DNA from: Planctomycetota bacterium
GTDB lineage: Bacteria; Planctomycetota; GCA-002687715; CAIWVZ01
Assembly: GCA_044222185.1 (NCBI GenBank)
Contig: JBGANV010000001.1
Coordinates: 1,024,001-1,088,000, forward strand
Direction: 5' to 3'
Length of the DNA: 64,000 bases
Shown here: positions 38,595 to 47,518 of the stretch, piece after piece
Numbering within the stretch: the first letter of the stretch is position 1
Layout: every line of letters begins with the position of its first letter
The notes under the pieces: generated by a model
What the model saw: only the letters and a program-made list of their open reading frames with translations
The model's database searches: none
Told to the model about the DNA's origin: nothing
Translations under genes and position numbers: made by a program

Positions 38595-41135
38595 TTACGG
38601 CTCGCGGCTCTCGGGGCTCGCTTCGTCGACGAGTTTCTGGACCTCGGCGAAGTCCTTGGCGAACCCATCGGGGATTCCCCCGGAGCCTGCGATCGCCTCG
38701 GCGATGTCGAGGAACTCCGCGGCTGCGGACCTCTCGCCGTGCTCGACCCAGAACCTGGCGACCTCGATGATCGACTCGAGGGTTGCCGGCACGCGCGCCA
38801 GGGCCGCCGCGTAGAGATCCTGCCCTTCTTTGCGGCGCCCCTGCATCACAAGCGCCTTCGCGAGGACCCACTTCGCTTCGATCATGTTCGGGTCGAGTTC
38901 CACGGCGCGGCGCGCTTGCGCCTCGGCGCCCACGTGGTCGCGGTCACCGATGAGGAGTTCCGCCATCTCGTGGTGGGCCACCGCGTGCTGCGGCTCGGCC
39001 GCCAGCGCGGCGAGAAGTTCACGCCGGGCGCCTTCGCGATCCCGCATCATGGTCAGCATGTGGGCATGGACGATGTGCATGTCGGCGAGGTCGGGTCGAA
39101 GCTCGCTCGCGCGCCGGGCTGCGGCGAGCGCCGCGGGAACGTCCTTCCTCTTCGCCTCCAGGAGCGCGAGGTTCAGGAACGCCGTGGCGTCGTCGGGCCG
39201 ACGTTGCGTCAGGTGGCGCGTGACGCGCGCGGCCTCGTCGATCTTGCCCTCGTTCGCGAACGTCACCGAGACTCCGTATTCGAAGATGAACTCGGGGTTG
39301 AGCTTGGCGGCTCGTTCGAAGGCGTTGATCGCGGCCTCGGGCTCGACCGACACCAGCGCGTAGCCCTCGGCAGCGTCCGCGGCCCATCCCGTCAGGATCG
39401 AATGCGCCGACGCGGCAGCCCACCGAGCCGGGAGGTCGAGCCGAGCCAGGCCCACGGCCTCGCAGAAGGCGCGGTGGTACATGCGACGGAGGCGCGGCGC
39501 CCGTTCCTTCGCCGCCCACAGCCAGCCGACGGCACGCTCGAACGCGCCGCGCACCCCGGTGTTCCCCGCGTTGATCTCGCGCAGGCCCTCGACGAAGCAC
39601 GCCACGTGGTCCTCCGCGGGCGGCAGGCCCGCGACGATCGCCGCAGCCTCGTCGATCCGGCCGAGACGACGCATGGCATCGGCACGCAAGCGGTCGATGA
39701 TCGGCGACGCACCCTGTGCCGCGCGGAATCCATCCAGCGACGCGAGTGCCCGTCTCGGGTCGTTGAGCCCCAGGTGGACGAGCGCCACCCCGGCCGCAGC
39801 CTCCGTCGAACCAGGAGAGATCCGCGCGGCCTCGGCGAATGCCGTGAGCGACCTCTTCCGGTCGTCGCCGCTCAGCCCGTTGAACCCGAGTTCGAGCCAC
39901 CGCTCGACCTCGTCGTGTTTTTGCGCATCACGTTGGGCGTCGACCAGTGGGCGGTTGGCGATGAACCACCCGGCGAACCCACCGAGCGTCGGCGTTCCGA
40001 TCACGAAGACGAGAAGCAGCGCCGCGATGGCGGGTCGCCGTCGTGCAAACCGCAGGATGCGCCCTGGCCACGGGATCGGCCGTGCCTGGATCGGCTCGTA
40101 CAAGCGCACGCGCCGCAAGTCCTCGGCCAGGAGGAGTGCCGTCGCGTATCGGTCCGCGGGCGCCTTGGCGAGGGCGGTCTCGATCACCGTCTTCAAGTCC
40201 GCCGAAACGCGAGCGTTGAGGCGTCGTGCATCAGGCGGCGGCGCCATGCGAACGGCATCGAGAAGTGCCGTGCGCGAGGGTCCCTGATACGGCCGGCTCC
40301 CGGTGACGCCCTCGAAGAGAATCGCTCCGAGCGCGTGAACGTCCGAGCGTCGATCCACGGCTCGAACGTCGCCCGCCGCCTGCTCCGGTGACATGTAATG
40401 AGGAGTGCCCAACACGTCGCCGGACATCGTCAGCTCGATACCTTCGTCGCTCGCCGTGCGCGCGAGCCCGAAGTCGAGGATCACCGGGTGGTCGTCGGCG
40501 GAAACCATGATGTTCGCCGGCTTCAGGTCGCGGTGGATGACTCCGGCTTCGTGCGCAGCGTGCACGGCGCGCGCCGCGGACTCGATGAGTGCGACGAGAG
40601 CGGCGATGGCGGGGCCGTCGGGCGTTCCCGTCCTCTCGGCGAGGCGCGCCGCAAGGGTCTGGCCTTCCACGTAGCGCATGGCGAAATACGGAAGCCCGTT
40701 GACGCTGCCCTCCTCGTACACCGAGCAGATTCCCGGGTGATCGAGTGAGGCCAGGACGCGCGCCTCCTGCCCCAATCGCAGGAGCACGGACGCCGACGCA
40801 CCGAAGCCGGCGCTGAGGGTCTTCAACGCGACCCGCCGTCCGAGACGCTCGTCGATGGCGAGGTAGACCGCGCCCTGTCCCCCACGGCCGAGTTCGCGTT
40901 CGAGGCGGTACGGACCGATGCGGCCTGGGGACGTCGGCGGTTGCTCGCCGGCCTCAGCCGCCACCCGCGTCGTCATCCGGCCGAATTCCCGGGCGATGAC
41001 GTGCTCGAACCCAGGATAGGCGGCCTGGTACTCGGCGAGCTTCCGCGGCGCGCCGCAGGCCTGGTCCGCCTCATACCGCTCGCAGAAATCGACCATGACG
41101 GCCAGCTCGGCGGACTCCAGGTTCATCGGGCGCAT
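38595..41135 (-). CDS. Membrane Hanks-type Ser/Thr kinase with TPR sensor region
   Basis: LGRGGQGAVY, VALK, HRDLKPANIM, DFGLA, GTPHYMSPEQ; TM helix; TPR repeats; start 41135 or 41126. Confidence 0.93.
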   Translation of the reverse strand: MRPMNLESAELAVMVDFCERYEADQACGAPRKLAEYQAAYPGFEHVIAREFGRMTTRVAAEAGEQPPTSPGRIGPYRLERELGRGGQGAVYLAIDERLGRRVALKTLSAGFGASASVLLRLGQEARVLASLDHPGICSVYEEGSVNGLPYFAMRYVEGQTLAARLAERTGTPDGPAIAALVALIESAARAVHAAHEAGVIHRDLKPANIMVSADDHPVILDFGLARTASDEGIELTMSGDVLGTPHYMSPEQAAGDVRAVDRRSDVHALGAILFEGVTGSRPYQGPSRTALLDAVRMAPPPDARRLNARVSADLKTVIETALAKAPADRYATALLLAEDLRRVRLYEPIQARPIPWPGRILRFARRRPAIAALLLVFVIGTPTLGGFAGWFIANRPLVDAQRDAQKHDEVERWLELGFNGLSGDDRKRSLTAFAEAARISPGSTEAAAGVALVHLGLNDPRRALASLDGFRAAQGASPIIDRLRADAMRRLGRIDEAAAIVAGLPPAEDHVACFVEGLREINAGNTGVRGAFERAVGWLWAAKERAPRLRRMYHRAFCEAVGLARLDLPARWAAASAHSILTGWAADAAEGYALVSVEPEAAINAFERAAKLNPEFIFEYGVSVTFANEGKIDEAARVTRHLTQRRPDDATAFLNLALLEAKRKDVPAALAAARRASELRPDLADMHIVHAHMLTMMRDREGARRELLAALAAEPQHAVAHHEMAELLIGDRDHVGAEAQARRAVELDPNMIEAKWVLAKALVMQGRRKEGQDLYAAALARVPATLESIIEVARFWVEHGERSAAAEFLDIAEAIAGSGGIPDGFAKDFAEVQKLVDEASPESREP

Positions 41136-41199
41136 GGTACTCCGGCCTGCGGCCGTCTCGTCGCGTGAGGTGAATTCGCTCTCGGGTCCCCTCACTCCC

Positions 41200-41226
41200 C
41201 GTAGAGCCGAGTCGTGCCGGCGTGAC
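41200..41226 (-). promoter_or_regulatory. Candidate ECF promoter GTCACG-N14-CTCTACG (copy C)
   Basis: Same motif, ending 65 nt from kinase ATG 41135. Confidence 0.7.
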
Positions 41227-41623
41227 GGAGCGTGAGTCGGGCCCACGGCAGCCGTCGGTGCGAGTCGGCCGGACGGCGTTTCGACGAACGTCGCGCGCGG
41301 AAGGACCGTCGACGTCCACGGACGTCGCGGCGCGGCGCCCGAGGAAGGTGTTGCGTATCGAAGCGCACCACCCGCCCGTTTCCGAGTTCCCTGGTCCCGC
41401 CGACCTGGGCCGAACGACCGTGCCCGGCGTCCAGCGTCCGCATGGGTCGAGGGCGGACCGACCGAAGGAGGCGGCGCCGCTCGTGGTGGCGGCGAACGCG
41501 CACGTCCGCGAGTGCCGCCGAATCGGTGACGATGACGGGGTCCTGGCAGTGGTCCGCTGGCGCGCACCCACTTCCATCACCGGGGTGCGCAAGACTCGCC
41601 CCGCGAACTGCGAGACGCGGAAG

Positions 41624-41697
41624 CGCGCCAGGCGGGAATCGAACCCACAACCGTCGGATTAGAAATCCGATGCTCTATCCAGTTGAGCTACTGGCGC
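41624..41697 (-). tRNA. tRNA-Arg(TCT)
   Basis: GCGCCAG/CTGGCGC-G acceptor, TCGGA-TTTCTAA-TCCGA anticodon arm, A20, TTCGATT T-loop. Confidence 0.95.
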
Positions 41698-41834
41698 GTT
41701 GACGGCGGATCGTATCAGGATCGCGTCACTCGACCGCGCGCGCACGATGCGCGGCCAGCGGCGCCGCCCGAGACCTCCCCCTCGTGGCTGACGCGGGCTG
41801 CGCGTCGGCCCGGCGCTTCGATCCCCTCTCCAGA

Positions 41835-41907
41835 TGCCCTCGTCGCGACTCGAACGCGAAAATCCGGCTTCGGAGGCCAGTGGTTTATCCAATTAGCCTA
41901 CGAGGGC
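41835..41907 (-). tRNA. tRNA-Arg(CCG)
   Basis: GCCCTCG/CGAGGGC-A acceptor, CTGGC-CTCCGAA-GCCGG anticodon arm, TCGCG-TTCGAGT-CGCGA T-arm, A20; one D-stem mismatch. Confidence 0.88.
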
Positions 41908-42077
41908 AAAGTCGGTGGCATGCTATGACCGCGGTCGCGAACGTCAAGCTCCGCCGTGCAGGTTGGTGCCGAGAAGTGGCCACGCAGCAGTCAACGGGCC
42001 GGTGCGATCCGACCCCGGGACGCGCGTCGGACAGCACCCGCCGCCCGAAGCCTTCCCTCGAAGAAGGAAGATCTCCC

Positions 42078-43730
42078 ATGAGCAGCCTCCGGACCCTGTT
42101 GTCGTGCTTCCTCGTCGTCACGTCCCTCGTCACGATGGCGCGCGCGGATGTGATCTCCCTCGTCGCGTTCGCTCAACTCGTGAGCCAGCCGCATACGATC
42201 CTGACTCAGATCGTGCCCGACGTCGCCGTCGCGCCGACGGGAGAGACGTTGATCGCCGGCTGCGAGGTCACGCCGGCGAACACGACGACTCTTCGGCTCT
42301 ACTTCAGGGACCGCGCAGGCCAGCAGGTGACGGCGACGACGGTCACGAGTCCGGGGTCCATGCGTCTCATGCGGATGGCTGCAGGGCCGACGGCGTTCAT
42401 GGTGGTCTGGGACGCCACCGGAGTCGCCGGCGACCCGACCGCCGGTGGGATCTACTTCCTCACGTACACGCTCACGGGAAGCCAGATCACGAACCTCCCG
42501 ATCCAGGCCAACTCCCTCACGAACCTGGACGAATGGCGCCCGAGCGCCACGGGGTATCCGAACGGCTCCGGCGGTACCACTTTCGCGGTGATCTGGTCAC
42601 GGCACGGCGTCGCCAGTGGGAACCCGACGCAGGGCGTCTACGTGCGCCGGTTCTCGCAGGGGGGCGCCGCCCTCGATCCCGTGGAAGTGCGGGTCGACAC
42701 CACGCTGCAGAACAACGGGCGACAGGATGCCACGGTGATCGCCGGCTGGCCCGATGGTCGACTCGCGTGTGTCTGGCAGGACGGACAGTTCAACACGTCG
42801 GCGCTGTCTCCGGACGGCTCGGGCGTTGGAGTGCTCGCGCGTGTCCTCAACGCGAACCTCTCGTACCGCACGGGTCAGTTCGTCGTGAACGCGACGACCG
42901 CCAACGATCAATTCGAACCCGCCGTCTCCGTCGACCTGCTGACGACCATGGTGGTCGGATGGTGCGGTGAGACGTCGGCGACGGTGACGGACGCGTACTG
43001 TCGGCGGTTCAACGACGCCGCGACGCCGATCGATCCCACCGACATCAACTTGACGCCGACCAACAACTCCGCGCAGTTCCTCATGGGCATCGCCATGTCC
43101 GACGCGGGCGAGTGGACGGCGACATGGCAGGATTCCGCCACCCCGGGATACCTGGGGTCTCGAAACGGCTTCGCGCGCTATGCCCCCGCGACTCCGCCGC
43201 TCCAGGTCGAAACCGGGCTCCTCGATCCCGCGTCGAATTTCCAGCTTCAGAACGCCCCGCGCGTCGCCTGCGACCAGTACGGTGCATTCCAGGCCGCATG
43301 GACGGCGGACGATGGAACGAACGTCGCGCTCCGCACGGTCCGCGGAACCCGGACAAACCTGATCGTCCCATCCCTCGTTCCCGTGGGACAGTCGGCGCCG
43401 ATCACCCTCGATTGCCCCGCCGCGCCAGGGCTCGCCTTCCAGCTTGGCGCCTCGTTCACGACCGGCCCCACGTCCATCGCCCCGCGGACCCTGAACCTCG
43501 CAATCGACGATCTGTTCTTGCTCTCGGTCCTCGGAACCGCGCCCACGGTCTTCTCGGGCTTCAGCGGCGTCCTGGACGCGACCGGTCGGTCCTCCGCGCC
43601 GGTCGTGAACGTCCCGAACTACCCGCCCGCCTCTGGTGCCGTCATCCACCTCGCCTTCGTGGCGCTCGATCCTGCCTACCCGTTGAACGTGCGATTCATC
43701 TCGGACTCGGTGCCGCTCGCGATCTTCTGA
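42078..43730 (+). CDS. Secreted repeat (beta-propeller-like) protein with C-terminal domain
   Basis: Signal peptide; repeated F.VN..T..DQ..P.V / VVW / ..RRF..G units; GAAGGAAG RBS. Confidence 0.82.
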   Translation: MSSLRTLLSCFLVVTSLVTMARADVISLVAFAQLVSQPHTILTQIVPDVAVAPTGETLIAGCEVTPANTTTLRLYFRDRAGQQVTATTVTSPGSMRLMRMAAGPTAFMVVWDATGVAGDPTAGGIYFLTYTLTGSQITNLPIQANSLTNLDEWRPSATGYPNGSGGTTFAVIWSRHGVASGNPTQGVYVRRFSQGGAALDPVEVRVDTTLQNNGRQDATVIAGWPDGRLACVWQDGQFNTSALSPDGSGVGVLARVLNANLSYRTGQFVVNATTANDQFEPAVSVDLLTTMVVGWCGETSATVTDAYCRRFNDAATPIDPTDINLTPTNNSAQFLMGIAMSDAGEWTATWQDSATPGYLGSRNGFARYAPATPPLQVETGLLDPASNFQLQNAPRVACDQYGAFQAAWTADDGTNVALRTVRGTRTNLIVPSLVPVGQSAPITLDCPAAPGLAFQLGASFTTGPTSIAPRTLNLAIDDLFLLSVLGTAPTVFSGFSGVLDATGRSSAPVVNVPNYPPASGAVIHLAFVALDPAYPLNVRFISDSVPLAIF

Positions 43731-43752
43731 CCGTGGGCGCGCCACCGCCTCC

Positions 43753-43781
43753 TTGACGACGCACGGCGCGCCCCGTAGTTT
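43753..43781 (+). promoter_or_regulatory. Sigma70-like promoter of tRNA-His
   Basis: TTGACG-N17-TAGTTT, 12 nt upstream of the tRNA. Confidence 0.6.
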
Positions 43782-43793
43782 CCGACCCTCTAC

Positions 43794-43868
43794 GGTGGGT
43801 GTAGCTCAGTTGGTTAGAGCGCCAGACTGTGGCTCTGGTTGTCGCGGGTTCGATTCCCGTCACCCACC
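43794..43868 (+). tRNA. tRNA-His(GTG)
   Basis: Encoded G-1 and C73; GTGGGTG/CACCCAC acceptor; CCAGA-CTGTGGC-TCTGG anticodon arm. Confidence 0.95.
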
Positions 43869-43966
43869 CTTTGCGCACGCGGCCCGAGATCGAGGCGTGC
43901 ACTCGTCGTCCATCGCCCCAAAGCCTTGAGGCGACGAGGTCGGTTGATATCCTCCGCCCCTCCACC

Positions 43967-44039
43967 GCCCGCGTAGCTCAGTTGGTAGAGCAGGTGATTC
44001 TTAATCACCGGGTCCCAGGTTCGAGTCCTGGCGCGGGCA
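43967..44039 (+). tRNA. tRNA-Lys(CTT); probable prophage attachment site
   Basis: GCCCGCG/CGCGGGC-A acceptor; GGTGA-TTCTTAA-TCACC anticodon arm; CCAGG-TTCGAGT-CCTGG T-arm; integrase lies 137 nt downstream. Confidence 0.95.
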
Positions 44040-44154
44040 TCGCTCGCTGTGACATGGGTTTAGGTGCGAAAAGCATCACGGGATTATCAGCCCGTCCCAG
44101 AGCCCGGCCGGTTGCGCATTTTCCGGCCCTAAGCCCCTCGGGGCCGCCCTGGGT

Positions 44155-44177
44155 GCCCCTGCCACGGCGGGCTTTTT
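44155..44177 (+). terminator. Possible intrinsic terminator after tRNA-Lys
   Basis: GCCCCTGCCACGGCGGGC imperfect hairpin followed by TTTTT. Confidence 0.4.
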
Positions 44178-45139
44178 CATTCCGGGCCACTCTCGCCCTG
44201 CGGTTTCGGGGGCGCGTTGAGCCGGTCGATCGCCTCCCTGACGCGAGCGGGCGGCACGTCGACGTAGTACGCCCTCGTCGTCTTGATGTCGGCGTGCCCC
44301 AGGAACTCCTGAACGACTTCGATCGGGATCCCCGCGCTCGCGAGGTGCGTGCCGCGCGTCTTCCGCAGGCCGTGGATGTCGATGGTCCGCTGTCTGCCGT
44401 CCGCTTTCGCGAGTCCCGCGACACGCAGCACGCGGTTGAAGATCTTCAGCGCCGTCGACGTGTCATCGCGCAGCGGCTTGCCCGTCGCGGACCGAAACGG
44501 AAGCACGTCCTTCAGGATCTCGGCGAGTTCAGCTGAGATCGGGACGACTTTCTGCTTCCCTCGCTTCATTCGCTCCGACGTGATCGTCACGCACCGGTCG
44601 CCGACATCCTCTTTCTCGAGGAACGCCGCCTCGCGCCATCGAAGCCCGGCTTCGTAGATCGTTCGCCACAGCGGTGTCTGTGGGACCGCGTACAGCGAGT
44701 CGAGCCGCTCCGCTGCGCGGAAGAACTGTTCGAGATCGCCGCCGAGGAGCGATCTGCGCTTCCGTCGTTTGTGCCGATCGGTGTACGGGAGCTTCTTGCG
44801 TCGCGCGATCGGGTTCTCGTCAACGATCCCGAGATCGATGGCCCAGTCGATCATCGTCGAGACGGCATCGATCTCCATGTCGGCCGTTCGATTCGACCGG
44901 CCGGACGCGACGCGCGCGGCGCGATGCTGCATGACGGACAGGAGCGTGACTACGCCATCCACGCCACGCTTGACTCGGTCGATCTGCTCCGAGGTCTTTC
45001 GGTAGTGCTCGCAGCTCGCTCGGGACTTCAGCTCACGCAGGTAGTGCACGTCGATCGTTCCGCCGCCGATGTCGACGCGGAGATCCACGCGCGCCTGGTC
45101 TTTTCGATTCCCTACGAGCCAAGGTGAAGGAAGGTTCAA
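44177..45139 (-). CDS. Tyrosine recombinase / phage integrase
   Basis: GLRWREA (R), MKRGK (K), HGLRK (HxxR), LGHADIKTTRAYY (H, Y); core-binding NRTA…DWA…NP segment; TTG 45139 with GGAGGAG RBS. Confidence 0.92.
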   Translation of the reverse strand: MNLPSPWLVGNRKDQARVDLRVDIGGGTIDVHYLRELKSRASCEHYRKTSEQIDRVKRGVDGVVTLLSVMQHRAARVASGRSNRTADMEIDAVSTMIDWAIDLGIVDENPIARRKKLPYTDRHKRRKRRSLLGGDLEQFFRAAERLDSLYAVPQTPLWRTIYEAGLRWREAAFLEKEDVGDRCVTITSERMKRGKQKVVPISAELAEILKDVLPFRSATGKPLRDDTSTALKIFNRVLRVAGLAKADGRQRTIDIHGLRKTRGTHLASAGIPIEVVQEFLGHADIKTTRAYYVDVPPARVREAIDRLNAPPKPQGESGPE

Positions 45140-45362
45140 ACTGCAACCTCTCTCCTCCCGGTTCGGGTCGCCCGACCCGGGCTCGCTGCGACTGTGGATC
45201 AAAGCGAGTGGACTGAGGGTTTGCAATGGCGTGTTGCATTGTGAATTTTGCGGCGAAACACGCGTTTTCCCGAAGATTTCACCTGAGCGATCCTGATCGG
45301 CTGCGCGCCCGCTGGCGGCCGGCTGTGCCGACGCATATTCTCCCCGCCCACGGAGGCCCGCT

Positions 45363-46037
45363 ATGACACTCCTCGCGCAGAGGACACGCGTAATGTGCAC
45401 GGCAGTTTTGCTGACGGTCTGTCTGCCCGCACAATCGACCGACCCCGTTGCCTTCATGGACTCGTGGGGCCAGTGGTCCCGCGACGTCGTGAAGCGGTGG
45501 CAGGCCGCGTCGATCCTTCACGGGAACGACCTTCCGAAGTGCCGCGACATCGCGGCTCGCATCGAGACGAACTGGAATCGGCTCGATCGATCCGATGCCG
45601 TCGACAAGTACCTGACGGCGTCCGCGCGCGAGAGGTTCCGCACGGTGCTGATGGGGCTCATCGATGGCGCCCGCAAGAAGAAGCTGAAGGACGACGCGCA
45701 GAAGATGCTCGCCGACGTCGAGGCACGCTACGCGGCCTTCGTTGCCACGAAGAAGATCGAAGACGCGATCGCGAAGGACCTGGAGTCGCTTCGGATGACG
45801 ATGCAGGTCGCGGTGAATGCGTGGAAGCCGCCGGAGCCGAAGGCGGAGTCACGACCGAAGGGTCCCGCGAAGGCGCCGCCGAAGTCCGTCGATGCAAAGA
45901 AGGCGTTCAACGACGAGGTCGAGAAGATCGCGACGGCGGCGACGATCGCGAAGGAAGCCGCTCAGTGGGAGGACGAGTTCGCGAACACGCTGCTCGACGC
46001 GATCTCGGGGTTGAAGGAGTACATCGAGAGCCTGTGA
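45363..46037 (+). CDS. Exported alpha-helical hypothetical protein
   Basis: GGAGG RBS; signal-like N-terminus; good codon bias. Confidence 0.75.
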   Translation: MTLLAQRTRVMCTAVLLTVCLPAQSTDPVAFMDSWGQWSRDVVKRWQAASILHGNDLPKCRDIAARIETNWNRLDRSDAVDKYLTASARERFRTVLMGLIDGARKKKLKDDAQKMLADVEARYAAFVATKKIEDAIAKDLESLRMTMQVAVNAWKPPEPKAESRPKGPAKAPPKSVDAKKAFNDEVEKIATAATIAKEAAQWEDEFANTLLDAISGLKEYIESL

Positions 46038-46182
46038 TCAAGGGGCCTCATCGGCTGGGTGAGCGAGCTCTGCATCGAGTGATCGAACAAGGAGACTAAC
46101 GTCAGATGAAGTGTCCGCACCGCGATGTTGAGATTCGTGACGACGCGAGGGGCATCTCGTCGCGAGAAGCCTGGAGCTTGGC

Positions 46183-46893
46183 GTGAGCGAGGCGCCGCCA
46201 TTGCCGAGCCCGTTCCAAGACGAGACTCGCGACGAGTTGTGCGCGCGCTACCTCGCCGCATACAAGGAACTCAGTGCGTTCCTCTGGGATCAGATCCACA
46301 AGTGCACTGACCAGCTCTTCAAGCTCGGAGCATTGTCGTTGGGGCTCACAGGCGGCGTCGTCACCGCACTCGCAAAGTTCGACGGAAGCCCGCCTCAACG
46401 GGCAGGGCTGGTAATTGGATCGCTGGCGTTTGCTGCGCTGTTCATCCGCACCGAACTGCTCGTGCTACAGAACATCGACGGGCTCGCATCGTCAGCGCGT
46501 AACATCAAGCAAGCGGCCGACCGTGACGTCGCCGGGGGAATTCCTCAGTCGCATCTCACCACGAGCACGCCGCTTGGCTTCCCAGAGATGGAGACAACGA
46601 CACTTCGGATGATCTTCTGGGGGAAGTGGCTGATCTGCTCGACGATACCGCTCACATGGATCGGAGGGACGAAGTTGCATACCTGGTGCACGATCGGAGC
46701 GGCGGTGCTCGGAGTGGCGTCCGCAGTGGAGCTGTACCGGGCCTCGGAGCCGCCGGACGGCAGCGTCCTGTTGGTCAGCGGGGGCTTCAGACCAGAGTGG
46801 ACAGAGAAAATCCGGCGGCGATCGAAACGCGGATTCGCTCTGCTCGGCGCGGGCTTCATCCTTCAGTGCGTCGGTGCACTCGCCGGAGCGTGA
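46183..46893 (+). CDS. Multi-pass membrane hypothetical protein
   Basis: Four to five hydrophobic segments; start uncertain. Confidence 0.6.
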   Translation: MSEAPPLPSPFQDETRDELCARYLAAYKELSAFLWDQIHKCTDQLFKLGALSLGLTGGVVTALAKFDGSPPQRAGLVIGSLAFAALFIRTELLVLQNIDGLASSARNIKQAADRDVAGGIPQSHLTTSTPLGFPEMETTTLRMIFWGKWLICSTIPLTWIGGTKLHTWCTIGAAVLGVASAVELYRASEPPDGSVLLVSGGFRPEWTEKIRRRSKRGFALLGAGFILQCVGALAGA

Positions 46894-47027
46894 TTCGGCC
46901 CTGACGATTTTCGACACTACCTGCCCGACGTGCGAGCCGTTCGAGGCGCGCACCGCCTCACACGAGTGCTGCGCGAGTGCGCTGGAGCGTCGGTGCGGAA
47001 GCCTCACAACCAACAAGGTCCTCCCCC

Positions 47028-47345
47028 ATGCAAATGATCTGCGTCACCTGCGGCGGCGAAATGCGCCGCGTTCGTGAGTACTCCGGAAGCTCCTTCACCG
47101 TCACGTTGGGGTTCACGCTGCTGCTCTCCGCGCTGTTCCTCGGCGGCTTCGGGGTCTACGGGATCGCTACGCGCCAGCGCGAAGTCATGCAGATCGTGAA
47201 CGAGGGCCATGGCGGCCTCTGGGTCGTCCTTGTCGTCGTCGGGCTCATCCTCGGCATCAGCGCGCTTCGGAAGCGCTGGCTCCTCAGGTGCGCAGGGTGC
47301 GGGATCGAGCCGCGGCCGGTGTACCAGGCGTTCGTGGAGAGGTAG
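47028..47345 (+). CDS. Small 2-TM protein flanked by CxxC pairs (LITAF-like topology)
   Basis: CVTC … two TM helices … CAGC. Confidence 0.7.
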   Translation: MQMICVTCGGEMRRVREYSGSSFTVTLGFTLLLSALFLGGFGVYGIATRQREVMQIVNEGHGGLWVVLVVVGLILGISALRKRWLLRCAGCGIEPRPVYQAFVER

Positions 47346-47457
47346 CCGGGCGGTCGGCGCCTCGCTCTACACTCCCCGCGTCTTCAGCTCATCGCGCGTC
47401 GAATGCACAAGTTTAAACGGCGCAAACATATGTTCAGCAAGATGTTGCGTCTTCATT

Positions 47458-47509
47458 TAACGGATTAACCAATCTGTTACTTGCGCCCCCGCGTCGGGGG
47501 GCTTAGGAT
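47458..47509 (+). promoter_or_regulatory. Inverted-repeat operator plus sigma70-like promoter of the HTH-peptidase gene
   Basis: TAACGGATT-aacc-AATCTGTTA (47458-47479), then TTGCGC-N17-TAGGAT ending 9 nt before ATG 47519; no RBS, so near-leaderless. Confidence 0.6.
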
Positions 47510-47518
47510 CGACGTCGA

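Noticed and set aside
41136-41567. N-terminal extension of the kinase ORF to 990 aa
   Set aside because: Low-complexity Arg/Pro translation that spans the candidate promoter; the real start is likely 41135 or 41126
45140-45457. N-terminal extension of the integrase ORF to 426 aa
   Set aside because: Overlaps the divergent 45363 gene and an AT-rich regulatory spacer; a strong RBS supports TTG 45139
47346-47518. Hidden HigB toxin upstream of the HigA-like gene
   Set aside because: Only 173 nt, occupied by promoter and palindromes; no suitable ORF
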